From: Candidatus Omnitrophota bacterium
Lineage (GTDB): Bacteria; Omnitrophota; Gorgyraeia; Zapsychrales; Zapsychraceae
Direction: 5' to 3'
DNA: 64,000 nucleotides
Assembly: GCA_020429915.1 (NCBI GenBank)
Contig: JAGQKV010000001.1
Location: 28,971-92,970, forward strand
Shown here: in pieces, positions 50,089 to 60,568 of the stretch
How the letters are laid out: each line of letters opens with the position of its first letter
How positions within the stretch are numbered: the stretch's first letter is position 1
Made by a program: the position numbers and the translations under genes
The notes under the pieces: generated by a model
Told to the model about the DNA's origin: nothing
What the model saw: only the letters and a program-made list of their open reading frames with translations
Database searches by the model: none

Positions 50089-51509
50089 AGGTGCTGTTCT
50101 GTTCATCGGAAGTCTTTCCCTTTGCCAAGACCGGCGGTCTGGCGGATGTGTGCGGAACGCTCCCCCCCGAGATCGCCCAGTGCGGCGCCGAAGTCAAGGT
50201 GATCATGCCGTTGTACCGTGAGGTCCGCAAAAAGACCAAGAATCTGGAAGAGATCGATGAAACAGTTTCACGGGCCATGTTGAGCGACGACGTGGAAATT
50301 CTGTTTGTACGCAATGATGACTACTATGACCGGGCCGGTTTGTACGGCGATGAAAACGGTGACTTTCCCGACAATTTAATGCGCTTTCAATTCTTCAACC
50401 GGCAGGTTCTGAAGACCCTAAAGATGCTCGACTGGCAGGCGGACATCATCCACTGCCACGATTGGCATGCCGCGCTGATCCCTGTCTATCTGAAGACCAA
50501 ACACAAAGATGACAAGTTTTTCCGCGACACCAAGACCGTCCTGACGATTCACAACTTGGCGTTTCAGGGGTTGTTCCCCAAGGATCAGTACCCGTTGCTC
50601 GGACTTCCGGACGACTTGTACAGCGAAGAGGGATTTCAATACTACGATCAGATCAACCTGCTGAAGGCGGGCATCATCTACAGCGATGAGGTCACCACGG
50701 TGTCTCCGCAATATGCCACCGAGATCCAGACAGAGGAATACGGCTGCGGACTCGACGGTGTCATTCAAAAGTATCGCAAAGGGGTCGTGGGGATCCTTAA
50801 CGGGCTGGATTACCACTACTGGAATCCGGCCAAGGACCCGTTCATCGCCAAGCATTATGACCGCGACAGCGTCATATCCGGCAAGGCGGAGACCAAGGCG
50901 GTTTTACAGCGGGAAATGGGCTTGCCGGTCGATATCGACCGGCCGGTATTCGGCTATGTCGGGCGGTTGTCACATCAGAAGGGAATGGACCTGGTCGTCG
51001 ACGCGTTAAGCGCCTTGCAGGGTGATGATGTCCAGGTCGTCATCCAGGGATTGGGTACTCAGCAATATCAGGATGAACTTTCCGAGCTGCGCAACGAGAT
51101 GCCGGACCGGCTGGGCATTTGTTTTTCGTACAACGAACGGCTGGCACACACCATTTACGCCGGCAGCGACTGGTTCTTGATGCCGTCGAACTTTGAACCG
51201 TGCGGACTGGCGCAGATGATCAGCATGCATTACGGCACGCCGCCGATTGTGTACCGCACCGGCGGGCTGGCGGATACCGTGGAATCGTTTCAGCTCGATG
51301 AGGCCAACGGCAACGGGCTGGTTTTTCAGGAATACACCACCGACGCGCTGTTGCAGGCCGTGCGGCTGGCGGAAGAAATTTTCCGGGACAAACGCCAGTA
51401 TTTCAGTCTGGTCGCCAACGCGATGCATACATTGTTTCCGTGGCGTGAGTCCGCTATGAAATACTTTGAACTCTACCGATGCCTACGCTTGGAATCACAG
51501 GAGGTTTAG
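50085..51509 (+). CDS. glgA: Glycogen synthase (ADP-glucose type, GT5)
   Basis: ATG at 50085 overlaps the polA stop (ATGA). MKVLFCSSEVFPFAKTGGLADV... is the hallmark KTGGL motif of bacterial GlgA. 474 aa. Confidence 0.9.
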   Translation: MKVLFCSSEVFPFAKTGGLADVCGTLPPEIAQCGAEVKVIMPLYREVRKKTKNLEEIDETVSRAMLSDDVEILFVRNDDYYDRAGLYGDENGDFPDNLMRFQFFNRQVLKTLKMLDWQADIIHCHDWHAALIPVYLKTKHKDDKFFRDTKTVLTIHNLAFQGLFPKDQYPLLGLPDDLYSEEGFQYYDQINLLKAGIIYSDEVTTVSPQYATEIQTEEYGCGLDGVIQKYRKGVVGILNGLDYHYWNPAKDPFIAKHYDRDSVISGKAETKAVLQREMGLPVDIDRPVFGYVGRLSHQKGMDLVVDALSALQGDDVQVVIQGLGTQQYQDELSELRNEMPDRLGICFSYNERLAHTIYAGSDWFLMPSNFEPCGLAQMISMHYGTPPIVYRTGGLADTVESFQLDEANGNGLVFQEYTTDALLQAVRLAEEIFRDKRQYFSLVANAMHTLFPWRESAMKYFELYRCLRLESQEV

Positions 51510-52084
51510 CCAGCGGCAAGAGCACCGCGGCCGAGGCCTTTGCCGGATTGGGGGCGGATGTCATCGACGCCGACCGGATCGCGCATCAGCTGATCGGCGG
51601 CGGTGGGCCGTGCGTGGATGAGATCCGGCGGATATTCGGAGACCAGGTGATTTCCGGCGGGGCCGTGAACCGGCCGGCCTTGGCCAGGGTCGTTTTTGCC
51701 GACCGCGCCGAACTCAGCAAACTGGAAGCGATCGTTCATCCGGAGGTCCGTCGCGTGATGCAGTCCCGGATCGATGAAATCAGAAAATCCGATCCGGACA
51801 AAGTGATCGTTATCGATATCCCGCTGTTGTTTGAAGCGGGTATGGAGGACATGGTCGACATCAGCATCGTCGTCCGCTGTGAGGAGCGGCAACAACTCGC
51901 ACGGGCCACCGAAGCGCTCAAAATCGCAAAGCAGGACGCTTTGTTAAGGATTCAATCGCAGATGCCCCTGAAGGAAAAGGAACAACGGGCGGATATCGTG
52001 ATTGACAATACAGGCAGTAAACTAGAATTGACAAAAGAGGTCAAACGAATATGGCAAAAAGTTCAATCAACTCAAGGACGGTAA
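51479..52084 (+). CDS. coaE: Dephospho-CoA kinase
   Basis: [35 protein letters not shown]...; P-loop plus CoaE context. Confidence 0.9.
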   Translation: MPTLGITGGLASGKSTAAEAFAGLGADVIDADRIAHQLIGGGGPCVDEIRRIFGDQVISGGAVNRPALARVVFADRAELSKLEAIVHPEVRRVMQSRIDEIRKSDPDKVIVIDIPLLFEAGMEDMVDISIVVRCEERQQLARATEALKIAKQDALLRIQSQMPLKEKEQRADIVIDNTGSKLELTKEVKRIWQKVQSTQGR

Positions 52085-52101
52085 AAGGGGGGGGCCGAGA
52101 C

Positions 52102-53484
52102 ATGGCTAAGACGGCGCAATCGAAGGATAAAGGCACAGCAGGCAAAAAGCCGGCCAAAGGTAAGAACGGCAGCGGAGCCGATGGTGAACTCGAGAACGGG
52201 GCACACGAGGACGTCATCGAGAGCGGCGACAACATCGATATCACCCGGTTGAAGGAGATGAAGATGTCGGAGCTCAGCAAGATCGCGAAGGAGCTGGATA
52301 TCACCGGAACCAGCGGTTTGAAGAAGCAAGATCTGATTTTCAACATCCTGCAGGCGCAGGCGGAGAAGGAAGGACAGATGTTCGGCGGGGGGACGCTGGA
52401 AATCCTTTCGGAAGGTTTCGGCTTTTTGCGTAGCGCGAACTACAACTACCTGCCGTGTCCGGACGATATCTATATCTCACCGTCGCAGATCCGCCGGTTC
52501 GATTTGAAAACCGGTGACAGCGTCAGTGGACACATCCGTCCGCCGAAGGAAGGGGAAAAGTATTTTGCCCTGCTGAAGGTGGAAGCGGTCAATTTCGAGA
52601 ATCCGGAGAAGTGCAAGGACAAGATCTTCTTCGACAATCTCACCCCGCTTTATCCCAAGGACCGGATCCTTCTTGAGACGTCCCAGAAGGATATTTCAAC
52701 CCGGATTATGGATATGCTCACGCCGCTGGGCAAGGGCCAGCGCGCCCTGATCGTGGCGCCCCCGTTCAGCGGGAAAACGGTGCTTTTACAAAAAGTCGCC
52801 AATTCGATTATGCAGAACCAGCCGGATGTCATCCTGATCGTTTTGCTTATCGACGAACGCCCGGAGGAAGTTACGGACATGCAGCGCAACGTCAAGGGTG
52901 AAGTTATCGCCTCAACCTTCGACGAACCGGCCGAGCGTCACGTGCAGGTGGCGGAAATGGTGCTGGAAAAGGCCAAACGGCTGGTGGAGCACCAGCGTGA
53001 CGTCATCATCCTGCTGGACAGTATTACGCGTCTGGCGCGTGCTTACAACACGGTGGTGCCGCACTCCGGGAAAATCCTCTCCGGCGGGGTCGACTCCAAC
53101 GCCTTGCACAAGCCCAAACGCTTTTTCGGGGCGGCGCGCGCCGTGGAAGAAGGTGGCAGCCTTACGGTTATTGCCACCGCCTTGGTTGAGACCGGCAGCC
53201 GGATGGATGAGGTCATCTTTGAGGAATTCAAGGGGACGGGTAATATGGAGCTGCAACTCGACCGTAATCTGTTCCAGCGCCGTATCTATCCGGCGATCGA
53301 TATCAAGCGTTCCAACACCCGTCACGAGGAATACCTGATTCCGGAAGACGATCTGCAGCGGATCTGGCTGTTGCGCAAGGCGATCAATGACCTGAATTCC
53401 GCTGAGGCCATGGAGCTGCTGATCGACCGGATCGGCAAGTACAAGTCCAACAGGGAATTTCTCGACAATCTCAACAATATGTAG
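52102..53484 (+). CDS. rho: Transcription termination factor Rho (with ~40-aa Lys-rich N-terminal extension)
   Basis: ATG at 52102. N-terminal RNA-binding domain ([15 protein letters not shown]); RecA-like ATPase ([17 protein letters not shown]; [12 protein letters not shown]); Q- and R-loops. The track ORF start at 52051 overlaps coaE. Confidence 0.9.
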   Translation: MAKTAQSKDKGTAGKKPAKGKNGSGADGELENGAHEDVIESGDNIDITRLKEMKMSELSKIAKELDITGTSGLKKQDLIFNILQAQAEKEGQMFGGGTLEILSEGFGFLRSANYNYLPCPDDIYISPSQIRRFDLKTGDSVSGHIRPPKEGEKYFALLKVEAVNFENPEKCKDKIFFDNLTPLYPKDRILLETSQKDISTRIMDMLTPLGKGQRALIVAPPFSGKTVLLQKVANSIMQNQPDVILIVLLIDERPEEVTDMQRNVKGEVIASTFDEPAERHVQVAEMVLEKAKRLVEHQRDVIILLDSITRLARAYNTVVPHSGKILSGGVDSNALHKPKRFFGAARAVEEGGSLTVIATALVETGSRMDEVIFEEFKGTGNMELQLDRNLFQRRIYPAIDIKRSNTRHEEYLIPEDDLQRIWLLRKAINDLNSAEAMELLIDRIGKYKSNREFLDNLNNM

Positions 53485-53545
53485 GGATTATATTCAAGTC
53501 ATTGGTATACAACAGTTTGCGGCATATTAACGGGGTGGAGAAAAA

Positions 53546-53573
53546 TTGTACAATTTTAAATTTGTGCTATAAT
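53546..53573 (+). promoter_or_regulatory. Sigma70-like promoter upstream of rpmE (-35 TTGTAC, 16-nt spacer, -10 TATAAT)
   Basis: TTGTAC at 53546-53551 and a perfect TATAAT at 53568-53573, about 60 nt upstream of the rpmE ATG, with a GAGGAGAAA SD. Confidence 0.5.
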
Positions 53574-53632
53574 TGGTCTTTCCAATTAAATAGCCAGCTG
53601 CCCGCTGCTGCGATTAAACGAGGAGAAATGCG

Positions 53633-53833
53633 ATGAAGAGCGATATCCATCCTGAATACCATAACACCACGATCACATGCGTGTGCGGAAATGTCGTGCA
53701 GACACGATCGACCGTGCAGAATATCCGCGTGGAGATCTGTTCAAGCTGCCATCCGTTCTTTACCGGTGAAAAGAAATTCGTCGACACCACCGGTCGGATC
53801 GAACGCTTCCGGAAACGTTACAAGAAGAAGTAA
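53633..53833 (+). CDS. rpmE: 50S ribosomal protein L31 (Zn-ribbon type)
   Basis: [27 protein letters not shown]...[12 protein letters not shown]...; C-x-C...C-x2-H L31 signature. Confidence 0.95.
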   Translation: MKSDIHPEYHNTTITCVCGNVVQTRSTVQNIRVEICSSCHPFFTGEKKFVDTTGRIERFRKRYKKK

Positions 53834-53840
53834 ACCTTTG

Positions 53841-53873
53841 GGGCCGCATGTTTTGCGGCCCTTAGTGTTTTTT
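53841..53873 (+). terminator. Rho-independent terminator after rpmE
   Basis: GGGCCGCA-tgttt-TGCGGCCC 8-bp GC-rich stem, followed by TTAGTGTTTTTTGTC. Confidence 0.6.
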
Positions 53874-53877
53874 GTCA

Positions 53878-54942
53878 ATGGACCCCGATAAATTCGATCA
53901 ACTGGAAGCGCGCTTCGTCGAACTGGAAAATCTCCTTGCCGATCAGGATGTTATCGCGGATCAGAACCAGTACCAGAAACTCGCCAAAGAGTATTCCGAC
54001 ATCACCCCGACCGTCACCGTTTACCGGGAATACCAGGATGTGTCCCGCCAGATTGCCGATACCGAGAAGCTACTCACCGAAAAACACGATGCCGAATTCG
54101 AAGAGCTGGCCAAGGCCGAGCTTGCGGAACAGACTGCCGAAAAATCACGTCTGGAGCAACAACTCGCGGACCTAACGAATCCCCGGAAACAGGAGCAAAA
54201 CCGCGACCTTATCCTGGAGATCCGCGCCGGCACCGGCGGTGAGGAGGCGAGCCTGTTTGCCGCCGACCTCTACCGGATGTACACAAAGTATTGTGACAAG
54301 AAGGGATGGCGATTGGATCCCATCAGTTCCAATCCGTCCGAGACCGGCGGCTTCAAGGAAGTTATTTTCAGTATCAGTGGCGTGGGCGCCGAGAAACATT
54401 TAAAATGGGAAAGTGGCGCGCACCGGGTTCAACGTGTTCCGGCAACCGAGGCGTCCGGACGCATTCACACCTCAGCCGCCACGGTCGCCGTACTCTTCGA
54501 GCCGGAAGAGGTTGAGGTCGAGATCGATCCCGGTGATTTGCGGATCGATATCTTCCGGTCCTCCGGACCCGGCGGGCAGAGTGTTAACACCACCGACTCG
54601 GCGGTACGCATCACTCACATGCCCACCGGTGTGGTGGTCCAGTGCCAGGACGAACGTTCACAACTGAAAAATAAGAACAAGGCGATGCGCGTTCTGCGCG
54701 CCCGTTTGCTCGACAAAATCCGTTTGGAGACGATGGAACAGGAATCGCAGGACCGCAAGCTGAAAGTCGGCAGTGGCGACCGCAGTGAGAAGATTCGCAC
54801 CTATAATTATCCGGACCGCCGGGTCACGGATCACCGCATCGGATTTACGACCCACAAATTATCGATGGTGCTGGACGGGGAACTTGATGAGTTGACCGAA
54901 GCCCTGATCAAGGCCGAACAAGAGGACTCCATGAATGAATGA
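53878..54942 (+). CDS. prfA: Peptide chain release factor 1
   Basis: ...RSSGPGGQSVNTTDSAVRITHMPTGVVVQCQDERSQ (GGQ motif) and the PxT-type RF1 context. The track start at 53872 is a TTG; ATG at 53878 is preferred. Confidence 0.9.
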   Translation: MDPDKFDQLEARFVELENLLADQDVIADQNQYQKLAKEYSDITPTVTVYREYQDVSRQIADTEKLLTEKHDAEFEELAKAELAEQTAEKSRLEQQLADLTNPRKQEQNRDLILEIRAGTGGEEASLFAADLYRMYTKYCDKKGWRLDPISSNPSETGGFKEVIFSISGVGAEKHLKWESGAHRVQRVPATEASGRIHTSAATVAVLFEPEEVEVEIDPGDLRIDIFRSSGPGGQSVNTTDSAVRITHMPTGVVVQCQDERSQLKNKNKAMRVLRARLLDKIRLETMEQESQDRKLKVGSGDRSEKIRTYNYPDRRVTDHRIGFTTHKLSMVLDGELDELTEALIKAEQEDSMNE

Positions 54943-55753
54943 GCAAGAACAGATGCTGACCTCGGTAATGAATTGCCGGCGCGTTGATCTCTACGTCGAT
55001 AAGAAGGAGATGACGCCTGTACAGGAACGGCAGTACGCGCGCATGCTTAAGCGCCGTCAGCAAGGCGAGCCGCTGCAATATATCATCGGCCATTGCGAGT
55101 TCCTGAATACGAAACTCTTCGTGAATGAGCATGTGCTGATCCCCCGGCCTGAAACGGAACTCCTGGTGGAAATGGCGGTTCAAAAGTTGCGCATGACCAC
55201 CCGGCGGCCGTTACGCATCCTTGATTTGGGGACCGGTTCGGGGAATATCGCCATTGCGATCGCCAAACGGATTTACGAATGCCACGTCGATGCTATTGAT
55301 ATATCCCGCGAGGCGATCATGGTCGCACGGCACAATGCCGAAAAGAATTTCGTCCAAAAGAAAACCACCTTTATTTGGTGCGATATGTTTAACTGGCTTG
55401 GCCTGGACGAAGATCTGATAAAACCTTATGATATGATCATATCCAACCCCCCGTATATTCCTTCGGCCGATGTGGCCGGTTTGCCGGCCGACGTGCAACG
55501 GGAGCCGCACATTGCACTCGACGGGGGAGTCGACGGGCTGGCTTACTACCGCGGCATCATTGCCGCCGCCGGCAAGTTCCTGAAGCCGGACGGTTATCTC
55601 ATGCTCGAGATCGGCGAGGAACAAAGCGCCGCGTTAAAGGCCGTCTTTAAGCAGTACTCCGATTTTCAGAAAGTGTTTGTGTTCCGCGACTACACCGACG
55701 CCGACCGGTTCCTGTGCGCCCAGTACGTCCCGGACACGACCGCAAACAATTAA
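54935..55753 (+). CDS. prmC: Release factor glutamine N5-methyltransferase PrmC/HemK
   Basis: ILDLGTGSGNIAIAIA (motif I) and IISNPPYIP (NPPY), immediately after prfA. Confidence 0.9.
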   Translation: MNEQEQMLTSVMNCRRVDLYVDKKEMTPVQERQYARMLKRRQQGEPLQYIIGHCEFLNTKLFVNEHVLIPRPETELLVEMAVQKLRMTTRRPLRILDLGTGSGNIAIAIAKRIYECHVDAIDISREAIMVARHNAEKNFVQKKTTFIWCDMFNWLGLDEDLIKPYDMIISNPPYIPSADVAGLPADVQREPHIALDGGVDGLAYYRGIIAAAGKFLKPDGYLMLEIGEEQSAALKAVFKQYSDFQKVFVFRDYTDADRFLCAQYVPDTTANN

Positions 55754-55773
55754 CGTCCCCGCATCCCGGAATT

Positions 55774-57036
55774 ATGGATAAACTCGTAATAGAAGGCGGG
55801 CACCCTCTGCAAGGAGAGGTGACCATCAGCGGCTCCAAGAATGCCGCACTTCCGATCATCGCCGCCACCTTGTTGACCGACGAAAAATGCGTGTTGCGCA
55901 ACATTCCCAATTTGCGCGACACCAATACCATGCTCAAGCTGATGGAATCCTTGGGCAAGGTCGTTGAGTACAAAGACAACACGGTCACGATCACTTCATC
56001 GGGTAAAATCAATCCTTTCGCGGATTACAACCTGGTATCGACCATGCGCGGCACCTTCTGTGTGCTGGGGCCGCTGCTGGCCAAAGTCGGTCGCGCCAAG
56101 GTTTCGTTGCCGGGCGGATGTGTCATCGGGATCCGGCCGGTCGACCTGCACGTGAAGGGATTGAAAAAGCTTGGGGCCAAGATGGACATCGCCGGCGGTT
56201 ATGTGATCGCCAAGGCGAACCGGCTGCAGGGGCGGCGCGTATATCTCGGCGGGGTTTTCGGGTCTTCGGTGCTGGCTACCGCCAACGTGTTGATGGCGGC
56301 CGTGCTGGCCGAGGGAGAGACCGTGATCGAGTTTGCGGCCTGCGAGCCGGAGATCGAAGACCTCTCATGCATGCTCAACAAAATGGGCGCGAATATCAAG
56401 GGCGTCGGCAGCGCCCGGCTGATCGTCACCGGAGTCAAGGAGCTGAAGGGCGTTAACTATAAGGTGATCCCCGACCGTATTGAAGCCGGGACATACATAT
56501 TGCTCAACGCCGCCACCCGCGGGAACATTACCCTCAAGGGAGCGGAGTCGGCCCATTTGATGGCGCTCGATGACAAGCTTGAAGAGGTGGGCGTGCAGAT
56601 GATCCAGGAGGGCGATTGCATCCGCTGCAAGCAGCTGCGCAAACTCCATCCGGTAAGCATTACCACTTATCCGTATCCCGGTTTTCCCACCGACTTGCAG
56701 GCTCAGTTTATGTCCCTGATGGCCATGGTCGAAGGGGTCAGCGTGATTACCGACAAAGTTTATCCCGACCGCTTTATCCACATCGCCGAGCTCAACCGGA
56801 TGGGCGCGAACATCCGACGTGAGGGAACCAACGCGATCGTGCAGGGGACCAAGCAGCTGCGCGGCGCGCCGGTGATGGCCTCGGACCTGCGGGCATCCGC
56901 CGCTCTGGTTATCGCGGGTCTGGCCGCGCGGGGGACAACCGAGATAAACCGGATCTATCACCTCGAACGGGGTTATGAAAAACTGACAGAGAAGCTGACG
57001 GCCCTGGGAGCCAAAATCACCCGCGAGAAAGCCTGA
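55774..57036 (+). CDS. murA: UDP-N-acetylglucosamine 1-carboxyvinyltransferase
   Basis: ATG at 55774. [34 protein letters not shown]...; active-site region [15 protein letters not shown]. The track start at 55714 overlaps prmC. Confidence 0.95.
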   Translation: MDKLVIEGGHPLQGEVTISGSKNAALPIIAATLLTDEKCVLRNIPNLRDTNTMLKLMESLGKVVEYKDNTVTITSSGKINPFADYNLVSTMRGTFCVLGPLLAKVGRAKVSLPGGCVIGIRPVDLHVKGLKKLGAKMDIAGGYVIAKANRLQGRRVYLGGVFGSSVLATANVLMAAVLAEGETVIEFAACEPEIEDLSCMLNKMGANIKGVGSARLIVTGVKELKGVNYKVIPDRIEAGTYILLNAATRGNITLKGAESAHLMALDDKLEEVGVQMIQEGDCIRCKQLRKLHPVSITTYPYPGFPTDLQAQFMSLMAMVEGVSVITDKVYPDRFIHIAELNRMGANIRREGTNAIVQGTKQLRGAPVMASDLRASAALVIAGLAARGTTEINRIYHLERGYEKLTEKLTALGAKITREKA

Positions 57037-57038
57037 CC

Positions 57039-57602
57039 ATGATATTGATGATCGACAATTACGACAGCTTTACTTATAACCTCGTCCAGTATTTCGGCGA
57101 ACTGGGCGCGGATCTGAAGGTGTACCGCAACGACGCCTTGACGGTCGACGATATCCGCCGCATGGGGCCACAGAAGATCGTCATTTCGCCGGGGCCGAGT
57201 AATCCGGACCACGCTGGCATTTCGCTCGATGTGATCCAGCATTTCAAAGGTCAGGTCCCTATTTTCGGAGTGTGCCTCGGCCACCAATGCCTGGGACAGG
57301 CCTTCGGTGGAAAAATCGTGCGCGCGGGCAAACTGATGCACGGTAAGACTTCCCAGATCCGGCACAACGGTAAAGACATTTTTAAAGACGTGGCCAATCC
57401 GTTTGAGGCGACGCGGTATCATTCCCTGGTCATCGAGCGCAAATCTATCCCGGCCTGTTTCGAGATTACCGCAGAGAGCGAAGACAATGAGATTATGGGC
57501 GTGCGTCACCGCGAATTACCGCTGTGGGGCGTTCAATTCCATCCCGAGTCGATTCTGACCACCGAAGGAAAAAAGCTGCTCGACAACTTTCTCAATTTGT
57601 AA
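57039..57602 (+). CDS. trpG: Anthranilate synthase component II / aminodeoxychorismate synthase glutamine amidotransferase (TrpG/PabA)
   Basis: [19 protein letters not shown]...GVCLGHQCL...VQFHPES; class I GATase triad. Confidence 0.9.
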   Translation: MILMIDNYDSFTYNLVQYFGELGADLKVYRNDALTVDDIRRMGPQKIVISPGPSNPDHAGISLDVIQHFKGQVPIFGVCLGHQCLGQAFGGKIVRAGKLMHGKTSQIRHNGKDIFKDVANPFEATRYHSLVIERKSIPACFEITAESEDNEIMGVRHRELPLWGVQFHPESILTTEGKKLLDNFLNL

Positions 57603-57612
57603 GGGGCTTTCC

Positions 57613-58623
57613 GTGCGCCGTTATCTGGACAAACTGCACAGCAAGGAGAATTTGACCGAATCCGAAATGGAGGAGGTTATGGATACCATCATGTCCGGTG
57701 AGGCGATTAAAGAAGAGGTCGCCAGTTTTCTGATAGCCCTGCGGGAAAAAGGGCCGACCGTGGCTGAAATCACCGGCGCGGCGCGCATCATGCGCCGCTT
57801 TGTCGTCGGGATCAAATCCGATCATAAGGTTGTCCTCGACACCTGCGGCACCGGCGGCGACAAGTCAGGGACATTCAACATATCCACCTGCACCGCGTTT
57901 GTGGTGGCCGGCGCCGGCGTGGCGGTGGCAAAGCACGGCAACCGTTCGGTGTCCAGCAAATGCGGGTCCGCCGACATTCTGGAAGGTTTGGGTGTCAACC
58001 TCGACATTCCGGCCGAACGTGTCGAGCAGTGCCTTAATGATGTCGGCATCGCCTTTCTTTTTGCGCAACGGCATCACCCGGCCATGAAGAATGTGGCGGC
58101 GATCCGCAAAGAACTCGGGGTGGAGACCATCTTTAATGTGCTGGGTCCGTTGACCAATCCCGCGCAGGCCACGCATCAGATGATCGGCGTCTACCATCGC
58201 CGGCTGGTGGAGCCCATGGCCAGGGTATTGAGCAACCTAGGCCTCAGGAGGGCCCTGGTCGTGCACGGCAGCGACGGACTGGATGAAATCACCACCACCG
58301 GTCCGACACACTTTTGTGAGTATAACGGCGAGGACTTGTTATCCTACGATATCTCGCCCGAGGAGATCGGATTGCCGGTGGCTTCCCCGGAAGATCTGAA
58401 GGGGGGAAACCTTGATGAAAACCTGCGCATATTCAGCGCCATCCTGGACGGAGAACAGGGCCCTCGGCGCGATATCGTGCTGTTGAACGCGGCGTATGCC
58501 CTGTATCTCAGCGAGAAGGTCACCAGTATCGAGGACGGTTTGCGGTTGGCGGCCGCATCCGTCGACGACGGCAGGGCTCGCGCCAAGCTCGAAGCGTTGA
58601 AAGAATTCACCCATGCCGAATGA
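57613..58623 (+). CDS. trpD: Anthranilate phosphoribosyltransferase
   Basis: CGTGGDKSGTFNISTCTAFVVAGAGVAVAKHGNRSVSSKCGSADILE; TrpD signature. Confidence 0.95.
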   Translation: MRRYLDKLHSKENLTESEMEEVMDTIMSGEAIKEEVASFLIALREKGPTVAEITGAARIMRRFVVGIKSDHKVVLDTCGTGGDKSGTFNISTCTAFVVAGAGVAVAKHGNRSVSSKCGSADILEGLGVNLDIPAERVEQCLNDVGIAFLFAQRHHPAMKNVAAIRKELGVETIFNVLGPLTNPAQATHQMIGVYHRRLVEPMARVLSNLGLRRALVVHGSDGLDEITTTGPTHFCEYNGEDLLSYDISPEEIGLPVASPEDLKGGNLDENLRIFSAILDGEQGPRRDIVLLNAAYALYLSEKVTSIEDGLRLAAASVDDGRARAKLEALKEFTHAE

Positions 58624-59404
58624 TTTTCTCACCCGTATTATCGATTACAAACGGGAACTGATCGCGCAGAAAAGCGATTACTACCGCGCCCTGCGGGACA
58701 AGATCGAAGGGACGGACATCACCCCATATCGTGTCTTTCAGAAGGCGTTGGAAGGACGTGATCGGATCAGCCTCATTGCCGAGATTAAAAAGGCATCTCC
58801 GTCGCTGGGGGTAATCCGCGAGGAGTTCGACATCTTAAAGATCGCCAGCGCATACCGTGATCATCACGCCGCGGCCGTGTCCGTATTGACCGAAGACAAG
58901 TGGTTTCTCGGCAAGCCGGAATACATCCGCCGGGTCAGCGAGCATACCCGGCTGCCGATCCTGATGAAAGATTTCTTTATAGACGTCAACCAGGTGTTTG
59001 AGGCCTTCGCGCACGGGGCCAGCGCGATCCTGCTGATTGCGGCCGTGCTTACCGACGAGCGGATGGTCGAACTGAAGCGTGCCGCCGATGACCTCGATCT
59101 GGATTGCTTGGTCGAGATCCATGATGAAGCGGAGCTGCGGCGGGTGCTCAAACTGGATATGCCGATTATCGGTATCAACAACCGCAACCTGCACACCTTT
59201 GAAGTGACGCTCGATACCTGCCGCCGGCTGATACCGATGATTCCGGAGGACAGGATCGTCGTGGCTGAAAGCGGGATCAAGTCCCACAAAGATGTCCGCG
59301 AACTGCATCAGCTCGGCGCGCGGGCGGTCCTGATCGGGGAAACGTTTATGCGTGCGCCGGATATCGGAGCGAAGGTCGATGAATTGATGGGAGCAGAATC
59401 ATGA
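58613..59404 (+). CDS. trpC: Indole-3-glycerol phosphate synthase
   Basis: ISLIAEIKKASPSLG...ILLIAAVL...LVEIHDEAEL...IGINNRNL; TrpC motifs. Confidence 0.95.
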   Translation: MPNDFLTRIIDYKRELIAQKSDYYRALRDKIEGTDITPYRVFQKALEGRDRISLIAEIKKASPSLGVIREEFDILKIASAYRDHHAAAVSVLTEDKWFLGKPEYIRRVSEHTRLPILMKDFFIDVNQVFEAFAHGASAILLIAAVLTDERMVELKRAADDLDLDCLVEIHDEAELRRVLKLDMPIIGINNRNLHTFEVTLDTCRRLIPMIPEDRIVVAESGIKSHKDVRELHQLGARAVLIGETFMRAPDIGAKVDELMGAES

Positions 59405-60012
59405 TGAAGGTCAAGATTTGCGGCATCACGAACCACGAAGATGCCCAGAAGGCGATGTACTACGGCGCCTATGCCGCCGGATTTATTTTTCACAAGAAGA
59501 GTCCGCGCTATGTCAGTCCAAGCAAGGCGCGCAAACTGATTGAGGCCCTGCCGCCGTTTATCGTGCCGGTGGGCGTGTTCGTGGATTTGAAGGAAAAGGC
59601 GGTGCGCGATATCTGCCAGTTCACCCGGATCCGCACCGTGCAGTTTCACGGTGAGGAAACGCCGCTGTACTGCAAACGCTTCACCGACTACAAGATCATC
59701 AAGGCCTTCCGGGTCAACGACATGTTCGACCCGGTCGGCGTCCGCAAGTACAAGGTTGACGCCTATCTGTTCGACACCTACCAGGAGAACGTGATCGGAG
59801 GCACGGGCAAGACCTTTAATTGGGAAGTCCTCAAGGGCCACAAATTCGAGAAGCCCGTCATCCTCTCCGGCGGTCTCACCGCGGAGAATGTGGCCGATGC
59901 CATCGGCTCGGTCAACCCCTACGCGGTCGACGTCTCCAGCGGGGTGGAGAAAACCCCCGGAATCAAAGACCCCCGCAAGATCCGCGAATTCATGAAAGCC
60001 GCTTTGATCTAG
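59401..60012 (+). CDS. trpF: Phosphoribosylanthranilate isomerase
   Basis: MMKVKICGITNHEDAQ...VQFHGEETP...LSGGLTAENV; TrpF (PRAI) motifs. ATGA overlap with trpC. Confidence 0.9.
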   Translation: MMKVKICGITNHEDAQKAMYYGAYAAGFIFHKKSPRYVSPSKARKLIEALPPFIVPVGVFVDLKEKAVRDICQFTRIRTVQFHGEETPLYCKRFTDYKIIKAFRVNDMFDPVGVRKYKVDAYLFDTYQENVIGGTGKTFNWEVLKGHKFEKPVILSGGLTAENVADAIGSVNPYAVDVSSGVEKTPGIKDPRKIREFMKAALI

Positions 60013-60243
60013 CCGTCTCAGGTTCACCGTGGAGGAGGCGGGATCGATCCCACCGCGGGGGAGGTCCGGCCCTGATAGGTCCCCCGTCCGGCAAATAGTT
60101 ACCCGAAGGATGCCGCACCCGGGCCCAACCGGCGAAAATGTCCTATCCCGGACACACCCGGACATAAACCTGTGACTGGTTCAAAAGTCTTTATTTTACA
60201 ATGGATTATCTCTTTGTGGCTGGTCGGGGTGTGTGGTATCCTT

Positions 60244-60483
60244 AAAAAAGCCGATAAAGGTAAACCCGGGGAAACCCGGGGACTCCCGGATTTATGAGGT
60301 CCGGGACCAAGGGCATGCCTGGACTCTTGGACAAAACCACAGACCTAAGGTGTTTGCGACCATAAGGCCCGATCAGGCCGCCGGCCGGGGCAAAACAGAC
60401 TGGTAGAGAGGTCAAGGACGCGATGGTGGCTGGGTTGCCGAAGTGCGGTGAGGGAGACATCCTCGCCTTTATCGGCTATTTTT
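60244..60483 (+). other. Inverted-repeat-bounded ~240-nt GC-rich non-coding element: candidate structured RNA (riboswitch-like leader / sRNA) or MITE-like repeat; family undetermined
   Basis: AAAAAAGCCGATAAAGG (60244-60260) is the near-perfect reverse complement of CCTTTATCGGCTATTTTT (60466-60483), with a 12-bp perfect core. Inside sits a CCCGGG-GAAA-CCCGGG hairpin (60265-60280, GNRA-type loop) and several other GC-rich palindromes. No plausible ORF. U-rich tracts follow the 3' arm on both strands. Confidence 0.3.
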
Positions 60484-60539
60484 CCCCTTTTCGGGTGATT
60501 TCCCGGACCGGGGATTTCTTTTGGGCAGCCACATTTTAT

Positions 60540-60568
60540 TTGCCATCAGTATATATATCAATTATACT
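60540..60568 (+). promoter_or_regulatory. Sigma70-like promoter upstream of the giant ORF (-35 TTGCCA, 17-nt spacer, -10 TATACT) in an AT-rich tract
   Basis: TTGCCA at 60540-60545, spacer tcagtatatatatcaat (17 nt), TATACT at 60563-60568. The predicted transcript start is ~45 nt upstream of ATG 60618. No canonical SD; the leader contains CCCCUCC instead. Confidence 0.4.

Noticed and set aside
60013-60060. GGGATCGATCCC palindrome just after trpF as an intrinsic terminator
   Set aside because: The hairpin is followed by GC-rich sequence (GCGGGGGAGG), not a U-tract, so it does not meet the intrinsic terminator pattern. It may still form RNA structure.
60242-60460. 72-aa minus-strand ORF inside the inverted-repeat element
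   Set aside because: Pro/Gly-rich low-complexity product with no TM or motif. It sits wholly inside the palindromic structured element, so it is more likely a by-product of GC-rich palindromes than a gene. A small peptide cannot be fully excluded.
60244-60483. Assigning the structured element to a specific Rfam family (c-di-GMP-I, SRP RNA, RNase P, 6S, tmRNA)
   Set aside because: I compared by eye with remembered consensus boxes. GGUCCGGGACCAAGGGCAUGCC vaguely resembles the SRP/RNase P conserved strands, and GGGGCAAAAC...GGACGCGAUGG resembles GEMM boxes. None fits in full or in spacing, so no family call is made.
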